Positions 1 to 10,840 are shown, counted from the stretch's first letter. The stretch: 64,000 nt of DNA from an uncultured bacterium (GCA_964619725.1 CAZUFC010000027.1:1-64000); one strand, 5' to 3'. The notes: generated by a model from the sequence alone, not told the origin. A program made the numbers and translations.

Positions 1-51
1 CTGTCCAGCATTAAATTTTGAATCGACAATCGAGTTTATGGACAGTCACTA
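1..51. repeat. Short inverted-repeat (MITE-like) element, copy 1, cut by the window start
   Basis: CTGTCCA...TGGACAG arms; about 90% identical to 31110-31160. Confidence 0.75.
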
Positions 52-97
52 TTTAGTCAATCCGCGAAATTCCTTCATAGCCAGTCGTACCGTTAAA

Positions 98-1363
98 TCA
101 ACGAGGAATCCGCATAGGCCGGCGTTTCCGATAGGTAAGAGAGCGCCAGAGCCATTCCAGTGGACCGAAACGGAATTGTTTCAACCACAGATAGGCAAAA
201 ACGAATAGGATTATCCAAACTCCAGGAACAATCAGGATTTGCCCCCACCGGGGAACCATCCCGTAGAGGCCGAAACCGTGGCCGAAAAATATTGCGGTAC
301 AGATAATGGTTTGAAGGATATAGCATGAGAACGCCATCCGGCCGATTTCGGCCAGGCGGTCTTTCACCCGGCTGAAAGCGCCGCTCCTGCAGACAAGCAT
401 AATGGCGGAAATATAGGCCAGGGCAGTCGGTATGGACCCCCAGTAGAGGTATAACGTCCCGATGTACATTGAATATTCGAATGACCATTCATGCAGGGCG
501 TTCTGATAAGCGCCGTAAGCGGTCACAGAAATTCCCACAAGCAGTCCCCCAATAAGCGCTGCCGTATAGAAACGCTTGGAACGTTCGGCTGAGAAAATGC
601 CCCATTTCATGAGGGCCATCCCGGCGAGCATCATTCCCAGGGTGCGCCACAGGCCGTAAATTAGATAAACAACCGTATGCAGCATAAGTGAAGAGATGGT
701 CCGTTCGGGCATTTGCTCCAGCCACCCCCCGCGATATGCCTGGAGCCGTTCCGTGATTAGCTGTGAAGACGGATTCCAGTACATCATATTGTTTTCAAGG
801 GCTTCTTCGGGCCAGTAGGGCATGCTCCACTGAAAAAAGAGATAAATGCCTGTGCCGATCATGAGCAGAAGAAGCGACCAGAATATAAGCCATCCCGGAC
901 GAACTCTCCAGAACAGATAAGCGATAAAGGCGCTGAGGCTGTACCAGACGAGAATATCGCCGTTCCACAGCAGGTAAGCATGCATAAGGCCGAATATCAG
1001 AAGCCAGAAGATACGGCGATAATGAATCCGGGCAGGTTTCTGGCCGCGGCCTTCCAGGCGGCTGCAGAGAAGCACGATGCCTGCGCCGAAGAGCATGGAG
1101 AATATTGTCATGAACTTGAGTTCAGTGAAAAGGTGCGATCCCAGCCAGATGTAATAGTTGATTCCCGTGAAATCGCCGTAAACGGTCGGATTAAAATAAG
1201 TCGGGTCGGGCATGGAGAAGGACTGAATGTTCATGACGAGTATGCCCAGAACTGCAAATCCGCGAAGGATGTCGAGCGATACTATACGTTCGGATTTTTT
1301 CACCGGCGCCGGAGCGGCAGGAACATCGCTTAAACCATTTTCAACTGGTAATTTCGTGTTCAT
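98..1363 (-). CDS. DUF418 (YeiB-like) inner-membrane protein
   Basis: Motifs RIVSLDILRGFAVLGIL, KFMTIFSMLFGAG, GDILVWY, GRMAFSCY and FRFGPLEWLWRSLTY. ATG at 1363 follows a GAGGGGG RBS; the ORF track starts at 1444. Confidence 0.9.
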   Translation of the reverse strand: MNTKLPVENGLSDVPAAPAPVKKSERIVSLDILRGFAVLGILVMNIQSFSMPDPTYFNPTVYGDFTGINYYIWLGSHLFTELKFMTIFSMLFGAGIVLLCSRLEGRGQKPARIHYRRIFWLLIFGLMHAYLLWNGDILVWYSLSAFIAYLFWRVRPGWLIFWSLLLLMIGTGIYLFFQWSMPYWPEEALENNMMYWNPSSQLITERLQAYRGGWLEQMPERTISSLMLHTVVYLIYGLWRTLGMMLAGMALMKWGIFSAERSKRFYTAALIGGLLVGISVTAYGAYQNALHEWSFEYSMYIGTLYLYWGSIPTALAYISAIMLVCRSGAFSRVKDRLAEIGRMAFSCYILQTIICTAIFFGHGFGLYGMVPRWGQILIVPGVWIILFVFAYLWLKQFRFGPLEWLWRSLTYRKRRPMRIPR

Positions 1364-1517
1364 TTCCAATTTCCCCCTCTCTTTGTTAACCAAAACAAAA
1401 TCAACACATCCCGGTTGATGCAAGAAGAATTCTTCACCTGTCAACCTGCACGAAGGTTACCGATAAAATAATGAATAGTCAAAGCAGAGGCAGGAATTAT
1501 TGAGGCGCTGTCACGTT

Positions 1518-1570
1518 AAGGACGAAAAGGGACTAAAACGACCCAGGCGACCAAAAGGACAGAAGGGAGG
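1518..1570 (-). repeat. Degenerate ~9-bp tandem array (AAGGGAC-type), inverted relative to 1777-1844
   Basis: GAC cores at roughly 9-bp spacing (aaggacgaa, aagggacta, aaacgaccc, aggcgacca, aaaggacag). Confidence 0.6.
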
Positions 1571-1614
1571 TGCATAAAATAATTCAAATGAAAAGCATAA
1601 TGCAAAGAAAAAGT

Positions 1615-1753
1615 GGGCATTGATTAAAAAAACGTCTTTTGATGTGACGATTCGACAGAATATCCCATCATTTCGATCCCGATACCGACCCCGATTACTG
1701 AAACAAACCGTTAAAAGTTCTGAAAGAAGTGTAACCCCGGTTTAATCAGTCCC
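1615..1753. mobile_element. ~140-bp MITE-like dispersed repeat, copy A
   Basis: Imperfect TIRs GGCATTGATTAAA / TTTAATCAGTCCC; colinear with 50569-50717. Confidence 0.7.
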
Positions 1754-1776
1754 CAAAAGTGATTGATTTCTCCCAA

Positions 1777-1844
1777 GTCCCTTCTGTCCCTTAGGTCTCT
1801 TAGGTCCCTTAGGTCCCTTTGTCCCTTAGTCCCTTAGTCCCTTC
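1777..1844 (+). repeat. Tandem array of 8-9-bp GTCCCTT(A)G units (8 units)
   Basis: Read directly from the sequence. Confidence 0.9.
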
Positions 1845-2041
1845 ATGCGTTCAACCCGAACCCATTTAATCACCAAACCTGAAAGCGTTTTCCCTGAATT
1901 TATTGAATTTAAGTGACCTAAAAATAAAAAAAAAGAACCTTTAAAAAATCATCTTCATCAAACAAATGAACGGTTTGACCGTCCCGTATGCCGGCGCTGC
2001 GGCGGCATTTGAAGTTTATAAAGCATCAACAAGGGCTTTTA

Positions 2042-3445
2042 ATGATGAAACATCCGGGATTGAAAGCAATGTTATTTTTCCTTTTGGGTTGGACGGGCGT
2101 TTTAATTTTCCCTTTACCTCTTCCGGCAGAAAACAATGCCCAAAAAAACGACGAAAATCTCTCTACGACAACTCCGGCACAACATAAATTCCTCCTGGAA
2201 AAAGGAGATATTCTGTCGAATCTAATCAGCATTGCCGTTCAGAACAACGCCGGATTGCAGGCATCGTTGCGCCGCATTGAGGCTGAATACGAGAAGGCGG
2301 ATCAGGCGACCGGCATACCCGATCCGAAGATCGGATTCAGTCAGTTCATTCAGGAAATTGAAACGCGCGTGGGGCCTCAGCAGAGGAAATACGACATTTC
2401 CCAGACGCTACCCTGGCCTTCGAAGCTTAAATTCAAGCAGAGAATTTCACTGGCGGATGCGGAAGCTGCAGAATATGAATATCAAGCGCTTTTGAACGAC
2501 CTTGTTTACGATGTTACTGCCGTTTATTACGAGATTTACTATGTCGGAAAAGCGATAACCGTTTACACGGAAAACCTGGAACTAATGAAGATGTTCGAAA
2601 GAGTTGCGGGTTCACGTTACAGGGTCGGCGGCTCGACCCAGACCGACGTCCTGAGAGCGCAGATCGAACGTGACAGGCTTGATGAGATGATACGGACTTT
2701 GAACGATACGAAGGATGCTTTAACGGGAAAACTCAACGCTTTGCTGAATCGTCCGCTGGATGACTCTGTGAGGGTTGCTGCAAAACTGCCGGGGTCAGCC
2801 CCTCTACCGGCTTTTGATCAAATCTTTACGAAAGCGAAACAACAGAATCCCGGCCTGAAAAGAATGGAATCGGCCGCAGCAGCGCTTGATGCCGCTACGC
2901 AGTTACAGGGAGTCAGGCAGTATCCTGATTTCACCTTCGGATTGAGCTATATCGAAACGGATGAGGCGGTAATGCCTGTCGACGACAGCGGGAAGGACCC
3001 TTTTGCCGCTTCGGTTTCATTTAATATCCCGCTCTGGAGGAAGAAATATGATTCTGCAGTCAGGGAGACTCAAAAACGGCGTCAGGCCGTTTTATCTGAA
3101 CTTCAGGAAAAGGAACATCGTCTCTCCGCTATGCTTTATGAAACCTACCTGAAGCTGATGGAATCCGAGAGACGAATGAAACTTTACAATGAAAATTTTA
3201 TCCCCCGGGCGAAACTATCGCTGGAAGAGATACAGGCAGCGTTTATCGCCGGGTCTGCGGACTTCATGGACATCATTGAAGCGCAGAGGAATTTACTGGA
3301 TTTTCAACTGACGCGGGAACGCGCTGCGGTGGATTATGCGAAAAATGCGGCTGAGCTGGAGATGCTTGTTGGAAAAATGCCGCAAGCGGCAAAGAAGCAG
3401 GGCGTCATCCCGGAATCAATACCACAGAAAGGAGCCGAACAATGA
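2042..3445 (+). CDS. TolC-family outer-membrane efflux protein
   Basis: N-terminal hydrophobic signal, IPDPKIG..ISQTLPW, PDFTFG..SFNIPLW, DFMDIIEAQRNLL; first gene of an RND operon. The start may be 1988. Confidence 0.88.
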   Translation: MMKHPGLKAMLFFLLGWTGVLIFPLPLPAENNAQKNDENLSTTTPAQHKFLLEKGDILSNLISIAVQNNAGLQASLRRIEAEYEKADQATGIPDPKIGFSQFIQEIETRVGPQQRKYDISQTLPWPSKLKFKQRISLADAEAAEYEYQALLNDLVYDVTAVYYEIYYVGKAITVYTENLELMKMFERVAGSRYRVGGSTQTDVLRAQIERDRLDEMIRTLNDTKDALTGKLNALLNRPLDDSVRVAAKLPGSAPLPAFDQIFTKAKQQNPGLKRMESAAAALDAATQLQGVRQYPDFTFGLSYIETDEAVMPVDDSGKDPFAASVSFNIPLWRKKYDSAVRETQKRRQAVLSELQEKEHRLSAMLYETYLKLMESERRMKLYNENFIPRAKLSLEEIQAAFIAGSADFMDIIEAQRNLLDFQLTRERAAVDYAKNAAELEMLVGKMPQAAKKQGVIPESIPQKGAEQ

Positions 3446-3891
3446 AAACGGCTGTCATTACATCAGTTTTGCTGTTTATTGCGGCAATGACCGTTTTGCC
3501 GGCGCATGCCGGAGAGCAGGCGGAAATAAAACTGCAGGAATATTGCCCTGTAATGGGCGGTAAAATTAACAAGGACATTTATGCAGACCATGACGGCAAA
3601 AGAGTTTACTTCTGCTGTTCATCCTGCGTCGCTGAATTCAAAAAAGACCCTCAAAAATACATCGATATACTGGAAAATGAAGGAATAACGCTGGAAAAGG
3701 TCGGAAAACCCCAAACAAAATGTCCCGTTATGGGAGGCGACATAAACAGGGAAATTTATACGGATCATGAAGGAAAAAGAATTTATTTCTGCTGCGAAGG
3801 GTGCAAGCCCATATTTGAAAAAGCGCCGGAAAAATACCTGAAAAAAATGGAAGAGGAAGGCGTAACGCTGGAGGATGCCCCCGGCGCATGA
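3442..3891 (+). CDS. Exported tandem YHS-domain metal-binding protein
   Basis: Signal peptide plus two CPVMGG...DH(D/E)GKR(V/I)YFCC..C...F...P.KY repeats; ATGA overlap with the TolC gene. Confidence 0.9.
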   Translation: MKTAVITSVLLFIAAMTVLPAHAGEQAEIKLQEYCPVMGGKINKDIYADHDGKRVYFCCSSCVAEFKKDPQKYIDILENEGITLEKVGKPQTKCPVMGGDINREIYTDHEGKRIYFCCEGCKPIFEKAPEKYLKKMEEEGVTLEDAPGA

Positions 3892-4471
3892 GACCCGATG
3901 AAGACAGGAGGATCACTTGGTCGGCATGACTTGAGCGATTTATCGACCCGGCGAAAATGACTTGAAGAGGCAGGAGTTAAGGACATCAAACGTTTCAATT
4001 GTCTTCCCGTCGGCGGGTTTGACATCAGGATAAAAAAATCAATCCGTTTATTCCGGGCTTGTCATTTGCACAATATGCTGAATGTTGCTTATAACATCTC
4101 CGCAGTCAGAAGAGTATGACCTTTCATGAAGAACAGGAGACAAGGGAATTCGGGATCATTGTTGAGATTCCTAAATTAAAAACGGACAAAAAGTAATGAG
4201 TTGTCTCATAAAGAACGATAATATTATGAAGGATCAAGCTGAACGAGAAAAGGACAAGCAAGCGCCGTTACCGCTTATAACGACAGCTCCAAGTTAAAGT
4301 CTCCCAGTTCGCGCGGGAATTCAGGAGGGATAAAGACCATGATTTTCAGGCTGAATCCTCTTCCTGTTATGCCGAATCATCTCAACAGGTCAGTTCGTAA
4401 CTTTCAAGAATTCTTGAATACAAAAATTAATTCCTTGCTGCAAGCATCAACAAACTTCCCGGGTGGTTGAC

Positions 4472-6523
4472 ATGAAAACAAAAAACGAAAGAAAAAGAAA
4501 ATTTTCTCTTTTAACGATAATCGCCGTCATCATAGTTTCATTTGCAGCGGGATACGTGATGCGCGGCTGCGGACAAGAGACTGCACCGGCGGGAACGGCC
4601 GGAATGCAGCATGATCATGCCGACAGCAGTGAAATCGATGAGAAGGTTGAAGTATGGACCTGTTCGATGCATCCTCAGATTCGGCAGCCGGAACCGGGTG
4701 ATTGTCCGATATGCGGGATGGACCTGATACCGGCGGAGGTTACGGATACTCAGAAGGCGTCTGCGTCCGGCGGCGACCTGAAGCTGTCGGAACGGGCCCG
4801 AAAGCTTGCAGAGATTCGCACGGCCAGGGTTGAACGCAGATATGTCTCTCGTGACGTAAAGCTTTTCGGCAAGGTCACGTATGATGAAACCCGGATAGCG
4901 GATATAACGGCCTGGGTAGACGGCCGTTTGGACAGGCTCTATGCGGATTATACGGGAATTCCGGTAAAGAAAAACGATCATATGGTTTACATGTACAGTC
5001 CCTCGCTTTATACGGCGCAACAGGAACTGATTCAGGCTGCGGAAGCGGCATCCGATCCCAGGAATAAAAACTTCGCTTCTTTGCAGACTACGGCCGCAGG
5101 CTTGCTGGACGCAGCCCGTGAGAAATTGAAACTACTGGGATTGACCGAAGGGCAGATCAGTAAAGTTGAAGAACGGGGGACTCCTTCCGCTCACATGACG
5201 ATATACGCTCCCAGGGGAGGAATAGTAACCGAGAAGCATGCTGTGGAGGGTATGTATGTTAAGACCGGGACGAGGATATACACCATAGCTGATCTGTCGC
5301 AGGTGTGGGTGATGCTGGATGCCTACGAATCTGACCTGCCCTGGCTGCGTTACGCTCAACGAGTTCAATTCGAAGCCGAAGCCTATCCGGGAGAAATCTT
5401 CAACGGTCGCATATCATTTATCGATCCGGTAATGGATACTGGAACCAGGACGGTAAAAATTCGAGTCAATGCTGATAATGCCTCGGGAAAACTGAAGCCG
5501 GGGATGTTCGTCAGGGCGCATATTCGGGCGGAACTGACGGAGGACGGCGATATAATGAGTCCTGACCTGGCGGGTAAATGGATCAGTCACATGCACCCCG
5601 AAATAATCAAGGACGGTCCGGGGAAATGCGATATCTGCGGCATGCCGCTGGTGAAGGCTGAAACGCTCGGTTTCGTCTCCCCCGAATCGCCTGATGCGGA
5701 ACCTCCTTTGACGATCCCGGCTTCCGCACCGCTTATTACCGGAAAGCGAGCCGTAGTTTACGTTGCACTCCAAGGGCAGGAAGGCGTTTATGAAGGACGC
5801 GAAATCGTTCTGGGACCTCGCGCCGGCGAATACTATATCGTGAAGAAAGGTTTAGAAGCCGGCGAACGTGTTGTGACTTCAGGCGCATTCAAGATCGACA
5901 GCGCGGTTCAGATAACCGCAGGTAAAGGCATGATGACTTTGGACGGGAAAACTGCCGATGCGGCTATGCCTTCTATGGGCGATCATGATGCAGATAAGCA
6001 TTCTCATCAGATGCATGACCCTGAATCGGACCAACGACCTGCTGACTTGCCGGAAGGATTCAAAGAGAGTCTGAACAATCTGTATGAAAGCTATTTCAAA
6101 CTTCATAAAGCATTAAGCCAGGATAGTCCGGAAGCTGCAACAAATGCCTTCGCCGAAATGAAAGGGATTATCGGTTCTGTTGAAACGGAAGCCTGGTTCA
6201 GAAATGTCGATAAATCCTGGAAGAATTATATCGCGGAATTGAAAGAAAACCTGGAGTCTGCAGGCGGGGCGGAAGACATTGAAGGGATGCGGACCCAATT
6301 CGCTCTGACTTCCGAGATTCTAATCGCCATGAGCAAAAGGTTCGCGCCTGAAGGAACGGATGACGTTTACCGTCATCATTGTCCGATGGCGTTCGACAAC
6401 AGGGGCGCTTACTGGTTGCAGCATGGCGCTGAAACGGAGAATCCTTATTTCGGAGCCATGATGTATCGCTGTGCGGACATAGTTGAAAAATTGTCCGGCG
6501 GCGCATTTATCGAACAGGAATAG
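4472..6523 (+). CDS. cusB: CusB-like RND periplasmic adaptor with heavy-metal-binding domains and a C-terminal DUF3347-like domain
   Basis: WTCSMHPQIRQPEPGDCPICGMDL, second MHP..CDICGM motif, LKPGMF, His-rich linker, HCPMAFDNRGAYWLQ..NPYFG..M..C. Confidence 0.88.
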   Translation: MKTKNERKRKFSLLTIIAVIIVSFAAGYVMRGCGQETAPAGTAGMQHDHADSSEIDEKVEVWTCSMHPQIRQPEPGDCPICGMDLIPAEVTDTQKASASGGDLKLSERARKLAEIRTARVERRYVSRDVKLFGKVTYDETRIADITAWVDGRLDRLYADYTGIPVKKNDHMVYMYSPSLYTAQQELIQAAEAASDPRNKNFASLQTTAAGLLDAAREKLKLLGLTEGQISKVEERGTPSAHMTIYAPRGGIVTEKHAVEGMYVKTGTRIYTIADLSQVWVMLDAYESDLPWLRYAQRVQFEAEAYPGEIFNGRISFIDPVMDTGTRTVKIRVNADNASGKLKPGMFVRAHIRAELTEDGDIMSPDLAGKWISHMHPEIIKDGPGKCDICGMPLVKAETLGFVSPESPDAEPPLTIPASAPLITGKRAVVYVALQGQEGVYEGREIVLGPRAGEYYIVKKGLEAGERVVTSGAFKIDSAVQITAGKGMMTLDGKTADAAMPSMGDHDADKHSHQMHDPESDQRPADLPEGFKESLNNLYESYFKLHKALSQDSPEAATNAFAEMKGIIGSVETEAWFRNVDKSWKNYIAELKENLESAGGAEDIEGMRTQFALTSEILIAMSKRFAPEGTDDVYRHHCPMAFDNRGAYWLQHGAETENPYFGAMMYRCADIVEKLSGGAFIEQE

Positions 6524-6529
6524 CCGGGG

Positions 6530-9500
6530 TTGATGGGAATGAATAAAAATAACGCTGAAGAAAAAAGATTCTCTCCTTTGGACGGACTGATTCGATTCAG
6601 CCTGAACAACCGTGCGCTTGTATTCATTTTCGTCGTCGTAATGCTGGCGTGGGGAATCCTGACCGCTCCGTTCGACTGGGAAATACCGGGCATTTTACGA
6701 CAGCCTGTCCCCGTTGATGCAATACCGGACATTGGAGAAAACCAGCAGATCGTTTTTACCGAATGGAAGGGGAGATCGCCGCAGGATGTGGAAGACCAGG
6801 TGACCTATCCATTAACCACGGCATTATTGGGAATTCCGGGTGTCAGGGATATACGCAGTTATTCCATGTTCGGATTCTCATCCATTTACATCATTTTTGA
6901 AGAGCATATAGGGTTTTACTGGTCCCGGTCGCGCATACTGGAAAAGCTGAACAGCCTTTCCGGAAATACTTTGCCTGAAGGAGTGAAGCCCGTCCTGGGA
7001 CCGGACGCGACCGCTCTGGGGCAGGTCTTCTGGTATACGCTGGAAGGACGCGATGAAGAGGGGAACCCCACGGGCGGCTGGGACCTTCAGGAGCTGAGAA
7101 GCCTTCAGGACTGGTATGTCAAGTTTGCCCTGAGTTCGGTCAAGGGGATCAGTGAAGTCGCTTCCATCGGCGGTTTCGTCAAGGAGTATCATATCGACGT
7201 GGACCCTGATGCCATGCGTGCTTACAACGTAGGGCTGGACGATGTTTTTCATGCGGTCAGGATGTCCAATACGGATGTCGGGGCCCGGACCATCGAAATC
7301 AACAAAGCGGAATATGTCATTCGGGGGATAGGTTTCGTAAAAAACGTCCGTGACCTGGAATTTTCCGTAATAAAAGTAAAAGAGGACGTTCCCGTTTACG
7401 TCAAGGATGTGGCTCATGTCAGCCTGGGACCGGCCACGCGGCGGGGAGCCTTGGATAAAGAAGGCGCAGAAGCCGTGGGCGGCGTTGTAGTGGTCCGTTA
7501 CGGCGAGAATCCTCTGGCCGTCATAAAAAACGTTAAACGCAAAATAGAAGAAATTGAGCCTGCATTGCCCCGAAGAGTAATGGAAGACGGAACAATCAGC
7601 CAGGTAAAAATAGTTCCGTTTTACGACAGGACCGGCCTTATCATGGAAACGCTGAACACTCTCAGTTCAGCCCTTACGGAACAAATATTGATCACGGTGA
7701 TCGTCGTGGGCCTCATGCTGCTGCATCTCAGGAGCTCGATACTGATTTCCGGTTTGCTGCCTTTGTCCATTCTGATGTGTTTCATAGCCATGAAAATGTT
7801 CGGAGTCGACGCTAATATTGTGGCGCTGTCAGGCATCGCCATCGCCATCGGCACCATGGTCGATATGGGTATCATCGTTTGCGAAAACATCGTCAGGCAT
7901 CTCAACCGGGCAGCGCCGGATGAAGACCGCCAGGAGGTCGTTTTTCGAGCGACCAGGGAAGTCAGCGGCGCGGTCATGACTTCCATTTCCACCACCATCA
8001 TCAGTTTTCTGCCCATATTCACCATGGAAGCCGCTGAAGGGAAACTCTTCAAACCCCTGGCCTTCACGAAAACTTTTGCACTCTTTTCGTCGCTTATCGT
8101 GGCCGTGTTCGTCATTCCGCCTGCTGCACAAATGTTGTTCACTTCGCGAATCAGGTTGCCCCAGTTGCGCAGAATATTGAATTTCTTCCTGATCGGAGCC
8201 GGAATTGCCGCAGGCATAGCGCTGAAATGGTGGGTCGGTTTAATCATAGCGCTGCTCGGAGTTTATAATGGAGCGACGTCGAGACTCGATCAACGGATAA
8301 AGCGATACGTAGACCGGGGCATACTGTGGCTTGTGATTGCCGGAGTCCTGGGGCTTCTTGCCGGGCATTGGCATCCTCTGGGACTGGAAAAGAGCCTGGT
8401 CGTGAACATGATCTTTACGGCAGGATTAATCGGCGGTCTGCTGCTTTTTTTCTCCCTGTTCAAAAAATTTTACGGCGATATCCTGGGCTGGTGCCTGCGA
8501 CATAAAGCCCTGTTTCTTTCTATTCCCGGAGTGATCGTTTTTCTCGGCATCATGGTATGGACCGGGTTCGACAGCATCTTTTTCTGGCTGCCCCGATCCG
8601 TCAGAACATTCTCGCCCGTCGTTTACGTCGCACACAAGTTTCCAGGACTAGGAAAAGAATTCATGCCGCCCCTGGATGAAGGAGCATTTCTGTATATGCC
8701 GACCACCATGCCGCATGCCTCCATCGGAGAAGCGCTGGATGTGGTGCAGAAACAGGACGTCGCCGTCAGCGCCATACCGGAAGTGGAATCCGCAGTCGGT
8801 AAAATCGGCCGTGTCGACAGTCCGCTGGACCCGGCTCCCGTTTCCATGATTGAGACTATTATAAATTACAAATCAGAATTTATGACTGACCGTAAAGGGC
8901 GAACCGCAACCTTCCGATTCAATGAAGATGAGATCGATTTTTTCAGAGATGTCGAAGGAACGCCGCTGCAGGCTCCCGACGGATACCCGTATTACGTTCA
9001 GGGGAAATTCCTGCGGGATGATGCGGGGCAGCTTATACCCGAAAAAGGCGGATATCCCTTCCGGTTATGGCGTCCCGAACTGGACCCGGCGCTGAATGAA
9101 GAAAGAGAAAGATGGGAGGGAATACAATCTCCCGAAGATATATGGAATGCCATCGTCGAAGCGGCTCAAATCCCCGGTACTACCTCCGCCCCCGTATTGC
9201 AGCCCATATCCGCACGGCTGGTCATGCTTCAGAGCGGCATGAGAGCGCCTATGGGTTTGAAAATCAGGGGACCGGACCTGGTTTCCATTGAAAAAGCCGG
9301 ATTAGCGATTGAAAAATTCCTCAAACAGGTCCCCGCAGTCAAACCGGAAACCGTCTTCGCTGACAGGATTATCGGGAAACCCTACCTGGAGATTCGTATA
9401 GACCGTGAAAAGATAGCGCGTTACGGTATTATGCTTAAAAATGTCCAGGATGTCATTGAAACGGCCATAGGAGGAAAACCGGTCACCATGACGGTCGAAG

Positions 9501-10426
9501 GACGGGAACGTTACGCCGTCAGGATTAGGTATCTTAGAGAACTGAGGGACACCCCGGAAGCCCTGGAAAAAATTTTGATTCCTGCTCCCGGCGACAGGCA
9601 AATACCGCTGAATCAACTGGCGCAAATAGAATACGTCAGAGGTCCCCAGGTGATTAAAAGCGAGGACACTTTTTTAACGGGCTATGTTTTGTTCGATAAA
9701 AAAACGGCGTATGCTGAGACGGATACGGTTGAACAAGCCGATGATTACCTGCGCCTTAAAATGAAAAATGGGGAATTGAAACTGCCCGCAGGCGTCAGCT
9801 TCTCCTTCGCCGGAAGCTATCAGAACCAGGTACGCGCTTCAAAAAAACTGGCCGTCGTTCTTCCCCTCGCTTTGATGATCATATTCGTCATTCTTTACCT
9901 CCAATTTAAACGCGTTTCAACTTCACTCCTGGTTTTTTCAGGCATCATTACCGCCTGGGCCGGAGGATTCATATTCATCTGGCTGTACGGACAATCCTGG
10001 TTCATGAACTTTTCACTCCTGGGAACCAACCTGAGAGACCTCTTTCAGATTCATACGTTAAACCTGAGCGTCGCTGTATGGGTCGGTTTTCTGGCCCTTT
10101 TCGGGATCGCTTCAGACGATGGAGTGGTCATGACGAGCTACCTGGAAAACGCCTTCTCAAAAAAGAAAACAAATTCTATAGAAGACATCAGGAAAACGAC
10201 GGTCAAAGCCGGTAAAAGAAGAGTCAGGGCCTGCCTAATGACGACAGCCACAACCATTCTCGCCCTTATGCCCATTTTAACCTCAACCGGCCGTGGGGCA
10301 GACATCATGATCCCCATGGCCATCCCATCCTTCGGCGGCATGATGATCGAAGTCATTACCATGCTTATCGTGCCGGTCATCTATTGTGCGATTAAGGAGT
10401 TGAAATTCCGGCAAACCCCTGCTTAA
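6530..10426 (+). CDS. cusA: CusA/CzcA-family heavy-metal RND permease
   Basis: VPVDAIPDIGENQQIVFTEW.GRSPQDVEDQVTYPL, GIAIAIGTMVD, EFMPPLDEG, MTTATTILAL. Confidence 0.93.
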   Translation: MMGMNKNNAEEKRFSPLDGLIRFSLNNRALVFIFVVVMLAWGILTAPFDWEIPGILRQPVPVDAIPDIGENQQIVFTEWKGRSPQDVEDQVTYPLTTALLGIPGVRDIRSYSMFGFSSIYIIFEEHIGFYWSRSRILEKLNSLSGNTLPEGVKPVLGPDATALGQVFWYTLEGRDEEGNPTGGWDLQELRSLQDWYVKFALSSVKGISEVASIGGFVKEYHIDVDPDAMRAYNVGLDDVFHAVRMSNTDVGARTIEINKAEYVIRGIGFVKNVRDLEFSVIKVKEDVPVYVKDVAHVSLGPATRRGALDKEGAEAVGGVVVVRYGENPLAVIKNVKRKIEEIEPALPRRVMEDGTISQVKIVPFYDRTGLIMETLNTLSSALTEQILITVIVVGLMLLHLRSSILISGLLPLSILMCFIAMKMFGVDANIVALSGIAIAIGTMVDMGIIVCENIVRHLNRAAPDEDRQEVVFRATREVSGAVMTSISTTIISFLPIFTMEAAEGKLFKPLAFTKTFALFSSLIVAVFVIPPAAQMLFTSRIRLPQLRRILNFFLIGAGIAAGIALKWWVGLIIALLGVYNGATSRLDQRIKRYVDRGILWLVIAGVLGLLAGHWHPLGLEKSLVVNMIFTAGLIGGLLLFFSLFKKFYGDILGWCLRHKALFLSIPGVIVFLGIMVWTGFDSIFFWLPRSVRTFSPVVYVAHKFPGLGKEFMPPLDEGAFLYMPTTMPHASIGEALDVVQKQDVAVSAIPEVESAVGKIGRVDSPLDPAPVSMIETIINYKSEFMTDRKGRTATFRFNEDEIDFFRDVEGTPLQAPDGYPYYVQGKFLRDDAGQLIPEKGGYPFRLWRPELDPALNEERERWEGIQSPEDIWNAIVEAAQIPGTTSAPVLQPISARLVMLQSGMRAPMGLKIRGPDLVSIEKAGLAIEKFLKQVPAVKPETVFADRIIGKPYLEIRIDREKIARYGIMLKNVQDVIETAIGGKPVTMTVEGRERYAVRIRYLRELRDTPEALEKILIPAPGDRQIPLNQLAQIEYVRGPQVIKSEDTFLTGYVLFDKKTAYAETDTVEQADDYLRLKMKNGELKLPAGVSFSFAGSYQNQVRASKKLAVVLPLALMIIFVILYLQFKRVSTSLLVFSGIITAWAGGFIFIWLYGQSWFMNFSLLGTNLRDLFQIHTLNLSVAVWVGFLALFGIASDDGVVMTSYLENAFSKKKTNSIEDIRKTTVKAGKRRVRACLMTTATTILALMPILTSTGRGADIMIPMAIPSFGGMMIEVITMLIVPVIYCAIKELKFRQTPA

Positions 10427-10840
10427 ATATTGTAGCTGAAAAATTGATTAAAGACCTGTGGTAAATAGAGGGGGCTTCTATGAATTCACATTTTAAATTA
10501 TCCCTATCAATTCGAAAGAACCTTCCAGCCCCTCGTATTTAAAACTGAGCTTAACAAAGGAAGGCAAGGATTTGCAAAGGATGCGCATTTGTTTTACGTT
10601 AACTGAGCAAATTCGCAACCTGACGCAGCATGGAGGGGAAATTCGCAGTCTATGGGCAAAAACTCAGGGAATGATCAAGCCCAGGTTATACTTCTTTCAA
10701 AACTTTTGAAAATTTGTTTCTGGAATCGGGAGGCGATTCCGATATCGAAATAAACAGCCATTGATGAAAAGACAACGGTAAAGTCGTCAAACAGATAGTT
10801 GTGTGCAAGGTTCAATTTTTAATGAGGATTTAAATAAGTA

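Noticed and set aside
1777-1844. Short tandem array as CRISPR or iterons
   Set aside because: Units are 8-9 bp with no spacers and there is no replication initiator gene nearby.
2791-2802. GGGGTCAGCCCC as another REP copy
   Set aside because: Imperfect match inside the tolC coding sequence; likely chance.
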